Below, in pieces: positions 23,641 to 36,700 of a DNA stretch of 64,000 nt; the stretch's first letter is position 1; each line of letters begins with the position of its first letter. Origin of the DNA: Lytechinus pictus (Eukaryota); assembly GCF_037042905.1 (NCBI RefSeq), contig NC_087247.1:30442001-30506000 (forward strand), in the 5' to 3' direction. A program made the position numbers and the translations under genes. Below the pieces are notes generated by a model that saw nothing but the letters and a program-made list of their open reading frames with translations, was not told the DNA's origin and made no database searches.

Positions 23641-26600
23641 GCGGCGGCGTCAACACCAAATCTTAACCTGAGGTTAAGTTTTTGAAATGACAGCATAACT
23701 TAGAAAGTATATGGACCTAGTTCATGAAACTTGGCCATAAGGTTAATCAAGTATTACTGAACATCCTGCCTGAGTTTCATGTCACATGACCAAGGTCAAA
23801 GGTCATTTAGGGTCAATGAACTTAGACCATGTTGGGGGAATCAACATCAAAATCTTAACCTAAGGTTAAGTTTTTGAAATGTCATCATAACTTAGAAAAT
23901 ATATGGACCTAGTTCATGAAACTTATACATAAGGTTAATCAAGTATCAATGAACATCCTGCTTGAGTTTCACATCACATGACCAAGGTCAAAGGTCATTT
24001 AGGGTCAATGAACTTTGGCCGAATTGGGGGTATCTGTTGAATTACCATCATAACTTTGAAAGTTTATGGATCTGATTCATAAAACTTGGACATAATAGTA
24101 ATCAAGTATTACTGAACATCCTGTGCAAGTTTCAGGTCACATGATAAAGGTCAAAGGTCATTTAGGGTCAATGAACTTTGGCCAAATTGGGGTATTTGTT
24201 GAATTACAGCCATAAATTTGAAAGTGTGTTGGTCTAGTTCATAAAACTTGGACATAATAGTAATCAAGTATCACTGAACATCCTGTGCAAGTTTCAGGTC
24301 ACATGATCAAGGTCAAAGGTCATGTTAAGGTCAAAGAACTTTGGCCACGTTGGGGGTATTTGTTGAATTGCCATCATATCTCTATAAGTGTATTGGTCTA
24401 GTTCATAAAACGTGGAAATAAGAGTAACCAAGTATCACTGAACATCTTGTGCGAGTTATAGTAGTTTTCAAAATCAGCACTGCTGCTATATTGAATCGCG
24501 TGATGCAGGTGAGACGGCCAGAGGCATTCCACTTGTTATCATTTAAAGTGGGTTTACATTTCATTTTTCATTTAATACTTGTTTCCTCACACCTTTTCCA
24601 AGCTTGGCAATGATTAACAGAATGAAAATCCAGCCTAAGCCATTTTATGTAATTCACAGCTCAGTGTAAAGCAAATATCGTCACAATGACCTTGGTGTGT
24701 GGGGGAGTGGGTTGAGGCGCAATGCACTCTTCGAAGTGTTTTGGGCGAGGAAACAAGTTTAAAAAGGTAAAAGATATCTTCAAATCAATTTTACTAGCTA
24801 AATTTAACGTGTTATTCATGAATAAGGTCTACTTTTATTCGCATAACTATTTCAGAGTTCTGCGAAAATAATTTTCACTAACTTTTCAAAAAAAAGTGGT
24901 GCTCACTCAAGCGGAAATATTTTTTCGACAGTAATATCGTCATTTGCTTAAATGGATCTGTACCAATGTTAAAATTTGGAAAAATCTTCAGGATATTACA
25001 AATGTATAATTTGACAGGAATTTTTCTAAGTGTAAACTTTTTTTTGATACGCACTGTATATACATTATTTCCTTATAATCTATTCAAGTGGGAGAGGGCA
25101 TAGTATCGAGTCTTGTCGACTAACATACTCCTTTTTCGACTTTTCCTTGCGAAAAGGGAGATCGCTTTTAACCCTTTCACTCTTTTAGTTGTCATAAAAT
25201 ATTTGAACCACCCCCCCCCCCCTCTGTCCCGACGAGTTTTACAGGTACACCACTGGCCTTGTTGTATTTGAGAGGGTGGGTTTCTAACTTTAAAAAATAT
25301 CTTCTTACGATCAAGGCTGCATTGACCATCAGGTCCATCACTATCCAGAGTTAGGTTGGACCAAACATCGGTGTCTCGACTTTGACGATCAAGAACACCA
25401 GGGGTCTGAGAACACGATGAGTGGTTGGATATAGATGGGCATGAGTAGATATCATCATCACCGTTACTATGATAGTACATTCTTCCCAAAGCTTTCAATC
25501 TACCGCTGATGGCTGTTCCCCTTGCTTCAAATCCCTGAAAAGGAGTGAAATCAATTGCATGAAAAGAGATCAATATACCCTCTTGTCATAATTATATCAT
25601 TTCTTTCTGGACTGTTTTTTTTTTCAAAAGCCTCATATAATTCATAATTTTGCTAAAATGAATATGAAAAAAATGTAACTTTTTCACAACATCTGGCTGT
25701 TTGATAGGTCTCGAGTTCAAGGCCACATAACACAAAGCTTATAGGCCTACTTCAGTCACGCAGGTGAAACCGACCACAGACCGATAACAAATTATTTTGT
25801 TATTTCCAATGGCATACCATCGGTCGATCCGGAGTCGGTTTCAATAGTGCGACTCCAGCGTTAGCGACTTATCGCACTATTGTTTTCTCGCGTTTGATTG
25901 CACATTGTTATCATTACACCGATCATGCATGTTGTTCCGCGATCAGTTACTAAACTTGGTGTAATCAGACAGCACTATATTTATGTTGTTGTTGTTTTTG
26001 TTTTAGCTTATACGGCGCGTATCATTCAGTAGTGAAAATTTGCGCCAAATTATTTATCAACTCTGGGAGACAGTCGTGCGTAAAGTCGTTTATGACATCC
26101 ATGGCAACTGATTAAATAGTGGATAAAAAAAAATGTTTCAAGCAAGATTTTTTTTATCACTAAATCTTTAAAACCCAAGGATATAATATCTCACCGATGT
26201 TGGATCATTAAAAGAAGGGAAATCGTTGAGGATGAATCCAAGAACGGCTGAGATGACGACCACCACGAGAACGAGTAACAAGACCACGGATGGATAGGAG
26301 ACTAAGAATTGAGAATACCTGAAATTTGCCAAGAAGATGATTCAAGCGTAGTTACCGTAACATAATAGAATGGATAGTTTGCTGCAAAATAAGAGAGATT
26401 ATTAATATATATCAACATGATGGAGGTCTATTTAGGATTCAGGATGATGATTCAATATTATGTCAAGTCGACTTGATACCGTTATTTTGGCGATTTATAA
26501 ACGTTTTAGCGAACATGGTGACAAACACATCGCCATGGTGAAATATATCATCTCATGTAACTACGTCATTAAAACTTACTGGATAACCAAAGTATATTAA

Positions 26601-27608
26601 TACCATTGACTCTTGTTTATAATGTTCAAGCTGGAAATAAGGTTTGATTACTTTGGAACTTCTTCCGTTTATCCGTGTATGTTTTATTCATTATTATTGC
26701 CTTCAAATTGAAATTGAACTATAAATCGCCTTCATTTCAGTCAGCTAATGGATAACCGTTTGGTTAAATCAAGACAATTTTCCATATAAAACCATTTCCT
26801 TATCATCTAACAAACGCAACTTTACCATTACACTTCGGAAAAATGCAGAGATTCTATAAAAACTTGTTTGTTAATACTGTCAATAAGATTATAATATTAA
26901 GCAGCAGTGGAAATTTTTCGTTTATTGTTGTTTCCATAATTTATCATGATTAGATTTGTTTTCCATGAAAGGGAATATCAAGTTTCATGCCCTTGGTAGC
27001 AAACCTCATTTTGTTAATCATCATTTATTCAGTGTTTCTTATCAGCTAATCATGTTAAATTATTAATATTGGACCTCTAGTTTACGTCTGCTGGTACCAT
27101 GCCTCCGGGAAAACTAAATGTGTTTTTTTTCTTCGATGTGTTGATTGTCTAGTTTTCCAGCGTTTGATTTAAAAAACTTACAGCTATTGTTTCACAGGGA
27201 AGAGTTAGCTTTATAAATTTGATAAACATCTGTATATCTGTGTAGGATCACGTAGTAAACTTTCATTTTTGTATCAAAAACTGAAAAACAATCAGTAGTA
27301 GCTCCATCAATATAGCAGTAGTTACTAGCAGTAGCATCAATCACATATCACCACCACCAGCATCATTATTACCACCGTTGTCATTTTCATCACTATAATC
27401 ATATACTACAATCATCATCATCATCGTCGTTGTCATCATCATTATCTAACCTATTTGCGATAGAGCCAAACATTCCACCAGCTTCCTCTGCGACCAATAT
27501 TTCTCTATCTGGTGGGACATCATTGTCAGGTTGGTGATCATTTCGTACATCGACGGCAGAATTATTTTGACTAGCTCCATTATCGCCTGGTGAAGGGCCA
27601 ACCTTCAT
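20113..27608 (-). CDS. DISP1: Dispatched-like RND/SSD protein, paralog C (~1036 aa, 4 coding exons)
   Basis: Exons 27608-27451, 26318-26195, 25534-25309, 22715-20113 total 3111 nt in frame. Motifs FNDPTS/GFEARGTAISGRL, GVGADD and GLSVDF present. Confidence 0.94.
23113..25056. mobile_element. Tc1/mariner-type non-autonomous element in a paralog C intron
   Basis: TA|cagtgcgtatcaaaaaaaagtttacactt ... aagtgtaaacttttttttgatacgcactg|TA; no transposase ORF. Confidence 0.88.
23561..24537 (+). mobile_element. Helentron-associated (HINE/DINE-1/pearl-like) element, copy 1, nested in the Tc1/mariner MITE
   Basis: T-run ends without a TSD; 13-bp subterminal IR gtctcacctgcat/atgcaggtgagac; 5' hairpin; (GGC/GAC)n microsatellite; four 160-190-bp internal repeats plus a partial fifth. 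Confidence 0.85.
25309..25534 (-). CDS. Dispatched-like paralog C, ECD1 start exon
   Basis: GFEARGTAISGRLKAL...DRQSRDT...QCSLD; 226 nt, tttcag acceptor and gtaag donor. Confidence 0.9.
26195..26318 (-). CDS. Dispatched-like paralog C, TM1 exon
   Basis: YSQFLVSYPSVVLLLVLVVVVISAVLGFILNDFPSFNDPTS; 124 nt. Confidence 0.9.
27451..27608 (-). CDS. Dispatched-like paralog C, first coding exon
   Basis: MKVGPSPG...FGSIANR; phase-2 gttaga donor; acceptor before 27652; the upstream donor at 27974 is preceded by an in-frame TAA. Starts MKV like paralog A. Confidence 0.7.
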
Positions 27609-27689
27609 AACGAAATTTGTGGGTGGCCTTTCTTCTGTAATAACGATACCACCTATAAACGAAGGGATAAACAATATTTATTTGAAATC

Positions 27690-27848
27690 CATCACCATCA
27701 TCTTCATCATCACCACCAACACTACTATCACCACCACCAGCATCATCATCACTGTCGTCATAATCATTACTATAATCATCATCATCATAATCATCCTCGT
27801 CATCAATATCATCATCATCATCACCACCACCACCACCATCATCACCAG
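27690..27848. repeat. (CAT/CAC)n microsatellite
   Basis: Directly visible; similar tracts at 2260-2360 and 27340-27445. Confidence 0.9.
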
Positions 27849-28479
27849 GAAGATACTTCGAACCTCAGACTTCATGCTTCAAAGTCACCATCAGATTCAC
27901 ATGGAATCCACGATATATGTCATTCCAACAAATGTAATGGAATGTGTTGAACATTCGGACTACTAGTATTTACCTTAAAAGTGGTTCAGCAAAATATAAA
28001 ACTGCTTCGTTCGTCCTGAAATATGTCGAAAGAAATGACATTCTTCGGGGGAAATATTAAGAAAAATTATCATCTATGAGTCAAGAAGAGAAATTAGGTG
28101 AGGGGTGAATGTCGCTCTCTATCTTTTTGAAAACTGAATGAATAAAGTCACCGGCAGTTGCATTTGTACCATTTCATTCCTTCTGTTCCAACACTTTCAA
28201 TTTAGTTGATGTGAGAGACAAAATGAGCCTAGACTTTGCACTAGCAGCAACACGGTTTATTATCGATCGTTTGTTAATAATATAACTCTCCAATAAATTC
28301 CCAATTCTATTATGATAATGTGGCAAGCTGTGAACCGTAAAATGTACAAGAATAGTTGGTAATGGATGGACAAAAATAGACTTGTCATTGCATTCTTGTG
28401 TCAGAAATAAAAAGATAAAGTACAGGGGTGAAATTATCTTGAAGGAAAAGGATGATTTTAGTTCAATCCCATCTTAAAT

Positions 28480-29050
28480 TCTTTTCAGTTTGCCTTTTCT
28501 TCTTCGTTACCTTCTCCTCCTTCTTTTCTTTTTCTTCTTTTCTTTCTTATATTCTTCTTCTCCTTTTTCTTCGTTTTTTAATACTTTTTCTTTCTGATTT
28601 CTCATTTGTATTTCCTATATCCCATTCTCCTGCTATTCTTCTTCTTCGTCTTCTTCTACTTCTTTCTCCTTTTCCTGCTCTATTTTTATTTAATATATCT
28701 TACTGCATCTTTCTTATTTCGTATCAATTTCCTATTTTGTATCTATTTTTATATCTTAGTTAGATTCCTCATTTCTAATTTCTGATTTCCTATTTCTTTC
28801 TTTATATTTCTTCAAATTATTTCAATCATTTATTTTTTGCGATTGATTTTTTTTTCTTACTTCTTATATCTATTTTTAATTTTATTTCTAATTTCTAATT
28901 TTTTCTAATCTTTCATTTTATATTCCTTAATTTTTCTTATTTTTTATTGCTTATTTCCTATTTTTTGTTATTTTCATTTTTTTGCCACTTTCTTGTTCCT
29001 TATTTCTTTTTTTTTTAAATTGCTATTTCTTAACTCTTATTTCTAATTTC
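28480..29050. repeat. T-rich low-complexity tract
   Basis: Directly visible. Confidence 0.8.
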
Positions 29051-32000
29051 TGATTTAAAGGACCACCTGACCTTTACGCTTCATACCAAGTACAGTACTA
29101 AGATAGGATACTCCTCACACGTGAACACTCAGCATCTATATTTCACAAGCGGATAAAACAAAAATATACATATTATACTGAATATTGACAATAATAGTGG
29201 TTACATTTTGTTTAGTTTCGAGGTTAAACAGGGTGCTATGAGAAATTCAGAAATTCGCAGCGGCATGTTTTTTTTTCTAAATTTGTCCTAATGCCGAGTG
29301 TTAAATGATGAATCGAATTATGTCAAATTATTTAGGCATAACAGTGTAGAGTATCCCCGAGTATCCTCACTACTCCACAAGAGGGATCCACTACGTACGA
29401 GTTTCTATGGCAACGGATTCTTTACTGAAGGAGAAAATGTGGCTTTCCAGTTCAGTCTTGTGAAATGGTTTCTTCTCCGCTCTGCAAATTTGTTTCTCCA
29501 GTATCAATAAAGCAATAATAGGTTTCCCCAATATCACAACCCGGGATTACAACATCAAGTAGAACATGGTAGAATGAAAGGCCACATAATTATGTTGAGC
29601 TTTGTTACTTGTCTTATTATTACTTTATTATATCAGTATCATGTCATTCCTTTCTTTGCAGAAAACTAGTCTGCAATCTTGTTTGCTCCAATCCATCATA
29701 ATGTCCATTATTCTATGCACGTGTCGACTAATGTGACATGGTCTATCTTAATGCACGAGAAAAGTCAACATTAATCACATTATCATGGGTATTGTGGGTG
29801 TGACATTTAAGCCAGCCCAACAGTAAACTGCCGATTGGTCTTCATCTGTTTCTTCTACTATCCGTTTGGTCTTATCCCAGAAGACCAATGCCCCCCCCCC
29901 CCCTTGAAATGGAGTGAAAACCTTTGGGGGGCTAGTCTTTTCTACGTTTATTTTATTTTTCATTTTGCTAGTTAACAAACCAGTACTCCTTTTATGAATA
30001 TTATTATGAACTCGGTTATATTTGTTAAGATCTCTTTTTTATTTGTTTATATTTGTTGTTGTTTGTATATCCAAAGGAACTGTTGCTGAGCTAGCGCCAT
30101 GAGCCTCTCTGGACGGTGTGTGCGCTNNNNNNNNNNNNNNNNNNNNNNNNNNNNNNNNNNNNNNNNNNNNNNNNNNNNNNNNNNNNNNNNNNNNNNNNNN
30201 NNNNNNNNNNNNNNNNNNNNNNNNNNNNNNNNNNNNNNNNNNNNNNNNNNNNNNNNNNNNNNNNNNNNNNNNNNGAGGTCTAATCCTAATTATTCTACAT
30301 TATTTCGTTTATACTAACCACTTGGTCTAATTGCCATTTACCCAATTTACCACTTTTTTCTAATTTCCAGTTGCTATACCCATTTCGTTTAATATCCACT
30401 GGGTTGGACCTTGGTAAGGCGAAGTGTTTTTTTTTAAATACTATTTTCATCTCATCTGACATAGTAAAAACTAATTTCAAAAGTGGACGCGATGTGGATT
30501 AAAACTAGGTTTAAAGTAAATTGGAATAAGACAGACCACGTGTAGACCAAACGGCAACTAGACCAAAGTAGTAGATAGTAGACCAAAAGGGTTTGCCCTT
30601 GTGGTATTACACTAATATCTGAGTAGACCAACGGCTTGTAGACCAAGTCAATATGCCCAACATTTCTCTCAATAATCATGGAAACGGGCGCATGTCATAT
30701 ATCTTCCTTGCTGTTATAAACCGTCCAAAAAATATTATTCTTTTTTAGAAAAATATGAAATACAATTAATGGGGGCGCCGTAATTCATCGATGTGAAGAC
30801 GAGAGCATTCAACGTTCTCGCATTTTCCATTTATTACCAATGAGTTGCAAGGTCGTAATATGCATGTAGTTATGGTAGTCGCTGGGAGAATAATTCACAA
30901 GAACTGTTCGTACAGAATAAATTGAAACGGATACCATCTGTAAATAAGACATTATCATCATTGTTCGATTTTTTTTTAAAGAGCTTTTTCAGGCTCCAAT
31001 CCATATACAAATGAAAATATTTAAAATAAAAGACATTGGAAGGGCGGAGGGTGGGGCTGTATTTTGGGGGCATTTCAATATGTATTTATGGTTTAGTTTC
31101 ACTATTTCGAGGACGATCGATGCTGAATAAATTGGCAGAATATCCTATACGACGGAGACAAAACAAAGCGACCGAAAGTGGCGATCGAGCGAAAAATGTT
31201 CTCGAATGCCCGGTAAAAGGTCATTTAGTGTGCATACCGCTATAAAATCGAATTACAAAAAAATAAATGAATGAGGAAAATAAAAAATAGTTTTTTTTTC
31301 AAATGCTAAAATATCTTTGTTTTTATATTGTATGTATCTAAACTGATATTAAGTTAGGGAGATATTTACCTGATTTTTCATGTTATGAATTAATGTTGGA
31401 AATAGATCTTTCGTTTGCAAGTAATTATGATAGTGTTTTAGCTCCACGGCATTCATTTAAAAAAATCCGACATTTGACCACGCAATTAGCATAATTAGTG
31501 AATTCTGAACGTATCACACAATACTATACTATACTATAGTATACGAGCATTTTAGCGACGGGCAGATTTATTTGGCGAATACGTTTTCAGAATATTTTCT
31601 ATAACAATGCACTAGAGAAGAATGATTATGAACAAATATTGCGACTACTCTCCACCATTACTGAAAAATTTAAGACTTAAATCCAAATATCACAAAAGGT
31701 TTATCCTAATAATTTTCTAAGAGAGAAATGCATTTCAGTTCGGACACTTGATCAGAATATTGGATGCTACAACATTTACTCACTATCAGTCTTCATAATT
31801 TCGGGGGAGGGGTCCTCAAAAGATATGAGTTAGCAAGGTCCAAGCTCCCTCGTATTACTTAATTGTAATTATGATATTTCATCTTAGCACGAACTTTCTA
31901 TCTTTATTTCTATTTATTTAATATTTTCACCATGCTTTTTCTTTTATTACTCATTAATTTATTTCATTTCTTAGATATATTCAAAATTCAATTCATTAAC

Positions 32001-32419
32001 AATTTTTGATTACTTTCATTTTTATTTCTATTTTTATTTTTTTCTTAAAATGTATTAATTATCATCATTATTTATTTCACTTACTTATCTATATTTGGAT
32101 TTTATTTTTCCATGTTTTATTCTTTTTGGTAATGTTATTTATGCATGTAGGTTTTTTTTTCAATCTTTATCCCCCTTTTTTATTTGGGGGGGGGGGGGCT
32201 AAAGTAAGCTCCTACTCCCAGGCTCGACAATCACGATGTTCTTACTAGGCAAATTGTTATGTCGTCGCCGTCATTATCATCACAATAACCACCATCGATT
32301 CAATGAAAACAAAGTCCGAAAATAATTTTAAGTCATTTTATAATACTACAAACAATGGGAGCGGTGCCCATCCCACTAGGGTGCGAGTGAAGTGAACATT
32401 CCCATCATAAAAACACATT

Positions 32420-35400
32420 CACCATCATCACTAACATCACCACCATCGTCATCACCATCATTATTGTCATCATCATCTTGAATATTGTCACCCTCATCAC
32501 CACCATCATCGTCATCGATCACCATCACCTAAAAATTATCAATATCATCCTCATTTTCGGCAACTCAACCACCGTCCTCACCATCATAATCATCATCATC
32601 ATCATCATCACCATCATAAACATCATAACTATCATCACCATCATCATCATCATCATCATATCATCATAATAATAATCATCATCATCACAATCACCATTAC
32701 CATCATGACCATCACCAACCATCACTATCATCTTCTTCTTTAACCTTATCACCATTATCATGATCATCATCATCACCATTCATCATATCACCATCATCAT
32801 CATCATCATCATCACCATCATAAACATCATAACTATCATCACCATCATCATCATATCATCATAATAATAATCATCATCATCACAATCACCATTACCATCA
32901 TGACCATCACCAACCATCACTATCATCTTCTTCTTTAACCTCATCACCATTATCATGATCATCATCATCACCATTCATCATATCACCATCATCATCATCA
33001 TCATCATCACCATCATAAACATAACTATCATCACGATCATCATCATCATCATATCATCATAATCATCATCATCACAATCACCATTACCATCATGACCATC
33101 ACCAACCATCACTATCATCTTCTTCTTTAACCTCATCACCATCATCATGATCATCATCATCACCATTCATCATATCACCATCATCATCATCATCACCATC
33201 ATAAACATCATAACTTTCATCACGATCATCATCATCAGCATCATCATCATATCATCATAATCATCATCATCACAATCACCATTACCATCATGACCATCAC
33301 CAACCATCACTATCATCTTCTTCTTTAACCTCATCACCATTATCATGATCATCATCATCACCATTCATCATATCACCATCATCATCATCATCATCATCAC
33401 CATCATAAACATAACTATCATCACGATCATCATCATCATCATCATATCATCATAATCATCATCATCACAATCACCATTACCATCATGACCATCACCAACC
33501 ATCACTATCATCTTCTTCTTTAACCTCATCACCATCATCATGATCATCATCATCACCATTCATCATATCACCATCATCATCATCATCACCATCATAAACA
33601 TCATAACTTTCATCACGATCATCATCATCAGCATCATCATCATATCATCATAATCATCATCATCACAATCACCATTACCATCATGACCATCACCAACCAT
33701 CACTATCATCTTCTTCTTTAACCTCATCACCATCATCATGATCATCATCATCACAATCACCATTACCATCATGACCATCACCAACCATCACTATCATCTT
33801 CTTCTTTAACCTCATCACCATCATCATGATCATGATCATCACCATTCATCATATCACCATCATCATCATCATCACCATCATAAACATCATAACTTTCATC
33901 ACGATCATCATCATCATCATATCATCATAATCATCATCATCACAATCACCATTACCATCATGACCATCACCAATCATCACTATCATCTTCTTCTTNNNNN
34001 NNNNNNNNNNNNNNNNNNNNNNNNNNNNNNNNNNNNNNNNNNNNNNNNNNNNNNNNNNNNNNNNNNNNNNNNNNNNNNNNNNNNNNNNNNNNNNNNNNNN
34101 NNNNNNNNNNNNNNNNNNNNNNNNNNNNNNNNNNNNNNNNNTATCATCACGATCATCATTACCATCATGACCATCACCAACCATCACTATCATCTTCTTC
34201 TTTAACCTCATCACCATCATCATGATCATCATCATCACCATTCATCATATCACCATCATCATCATCATCACCATCATAAACATCATAACTATCATCACGA
34301 TCATCATCATCATCATATCATCATAATCATCATCATCACAATCACCATTACCATCATGACCATCACCAACCATCACTATTATCTTCTTCTTTAACCTCAT
34401 CACCATCATCATGATCATCATCACCATTCATCATATCACCATCATCATCATCATCATCACCATCATAAACATCATAACTATCATCACGATCATCATATCA
34501 TCATAATCATCATCATCACAATCACCATTACCATCATGACCATCACCAACCATCACTATCATCTTCTTCTTTAACCTCATCACCATCATCATGATCATCA
34601 TCACCATTCATCATATCACCATCATCACCATTCATCATATCACCATCATCATCATCACCATCATAAACATCATAACTATCATCACGATCATCATCATCAT
34701 CATATCATCATAATCATCATCATCACAATCACCATTACCATCATGACCATCACCAACCATCACTATCATCTTCTTCTTTAACCTCATCACCATCATCATG
34801 ATCATCATCATCACCATTCATCATATCACCATCATCATCATCATCACCATCATAAACATCATAACTTTCATCACGATCATCATCATCATCATATCATCAT
34901 AATCATCATCATCACAATCACCATTACCATCATGACCATCACCAATCATCACTATCATCTTCTTCTTTAACATCATCACCATCATCATGATCATCATCAT
35001 CACCATTCATCATATCACCATCATCATCATCATCATCATCACCATCATAAACATCATAACTATCATCACGATCATCATCATCATCATATCATCATAATCA
35101 TCATAACTATCATCACGATCATCATTACCATCATGACCATCACCAACCATCACTATCATCTTCTTCTTTAACCTCATCACCATCATCATGATCATCATCA
35201 TATCACCATCATCATCATCATCACCATCATAAACATCATAACTATCATCACGATCATCATCATCATCATATCATCATAATCATCATCATCACAATCACCA
35301 TTACCATCATGACCATCACCAACCATCACTATCATCTTCTTCTTTAACATCATCACCATCATCGTGATCATCATCACCATTCATCATATCACCATCATCA

Positions 35401-36700
35401 TCATCATCATCATCACCATCATAAACATCATAACTATCATCACGATCATCATCATCATCATATCATCATAATCATCATAACTATCATCACGATCATCATT
35501 ACCATCATGACCATCACCAACCATCACTATCATCTTCTTCTTTAACATCATCACCATCATCATGATCATCATCACCATTCATCATATCACCATCATCATC
35601 ATCATCATCATCATCATCACCATCATAAGTATCATCACGATCATCATATCATCATAATCATCATCATCACAATCACCATTACCATCATGACCATCACCAA
35701 CCATCACTATCATCTTCTTCTTTAACCTCATCACCATCATCATGATCATCATCACCATTCATCATATCACCATCATCATCATCATCATCATCACCATCAT
35801 AAACATCATAACTATCATCACGATTATCATATCATCATAATCATCATCATCACAATCACCATGACCATCATGACCATCACCAACCATCACTATCATCTTC
35901 TTCTTTAACCTCATCACCATCATCATGATCATCATCACCATTCATCATATCACCATCATCATCATCATCACCATCATAAACATCATAACTATCATCACGA
36001 TCATCATCATCATCATATCATCATAATCATCATCATCACAATCACCATTACCATCATGACCATCACCAACCATCACTATCATCTTCTTCTTTAACCTCAT
36101 CACCATCATCATGATCATCATCATCACCATTCATCATATCACCATCATCATCACCATCATAAACATCATAACTATCATCATCATCATATCATCATATCAT
36201 CATCATCATCACAATCACCATTACCATCATGACCATCACCAACCATCACTACCATCTTCTTCTTTAACCTCATCACCATCATCATGATCATCATCATCAC
36301 CATTCNNNNNNNNNNNNNNNNNNNNNNNNNNNNNNNNNNNNNNNNNNNNNNNNNNNNNNNNNNNNNNNNNNNNNNNNNNNNNNNNNNNNNNNNNNNNNNN
36401 NNNNNNNNNNNNNNNNNNNNNNNNNNNNNNNNNNNNNNNNNNNNNNNNNNNNNNNNNNNNNNNNNNNNNNNNNNNNNNNNNNNNNNNNNNNNNNNNNNNN
36501 NNNNNNNNNNNNNNNNNNNNNNNNNNNNNNNNNCATCATAACCATCATCATCATCATCATCACCATCACCACATGACAACCTACGATCACCAACCATCAT
36601 CATCACCATCATCGTCACCAATCATCATTACCATCAACTTCTTCTAAAACTTAGTCACCATCATCATCACCATCGTCGCCATCACCATCATCAACAACCC
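32420..36700. repeat. (CAT)n-derived higher-order satellite, ~190-bp unit, at least ~18 copies plus two gaps
   Basis: Landmarks cataaacatcataact, caccaaccatcactatcatcttcttctttaacc and caccattcatcatat recur about every 185-195 bp. Confidence 0.95.

Noticed and set aside
1-27608. Dispatched copies as uncollapsed haplotypes or pseudogenes
   Set aside because: Proteins differ extensively, introns look unrelated and all reading frames are intact.
32525-36621. Series of 60-84 aa Met/Asp-rich ORFs that look like a repeated peptide gene array
   Set aside because: They are translations of the (ATG/GAT)n satellite; units shift frame internally and show no splice or promoter structure.
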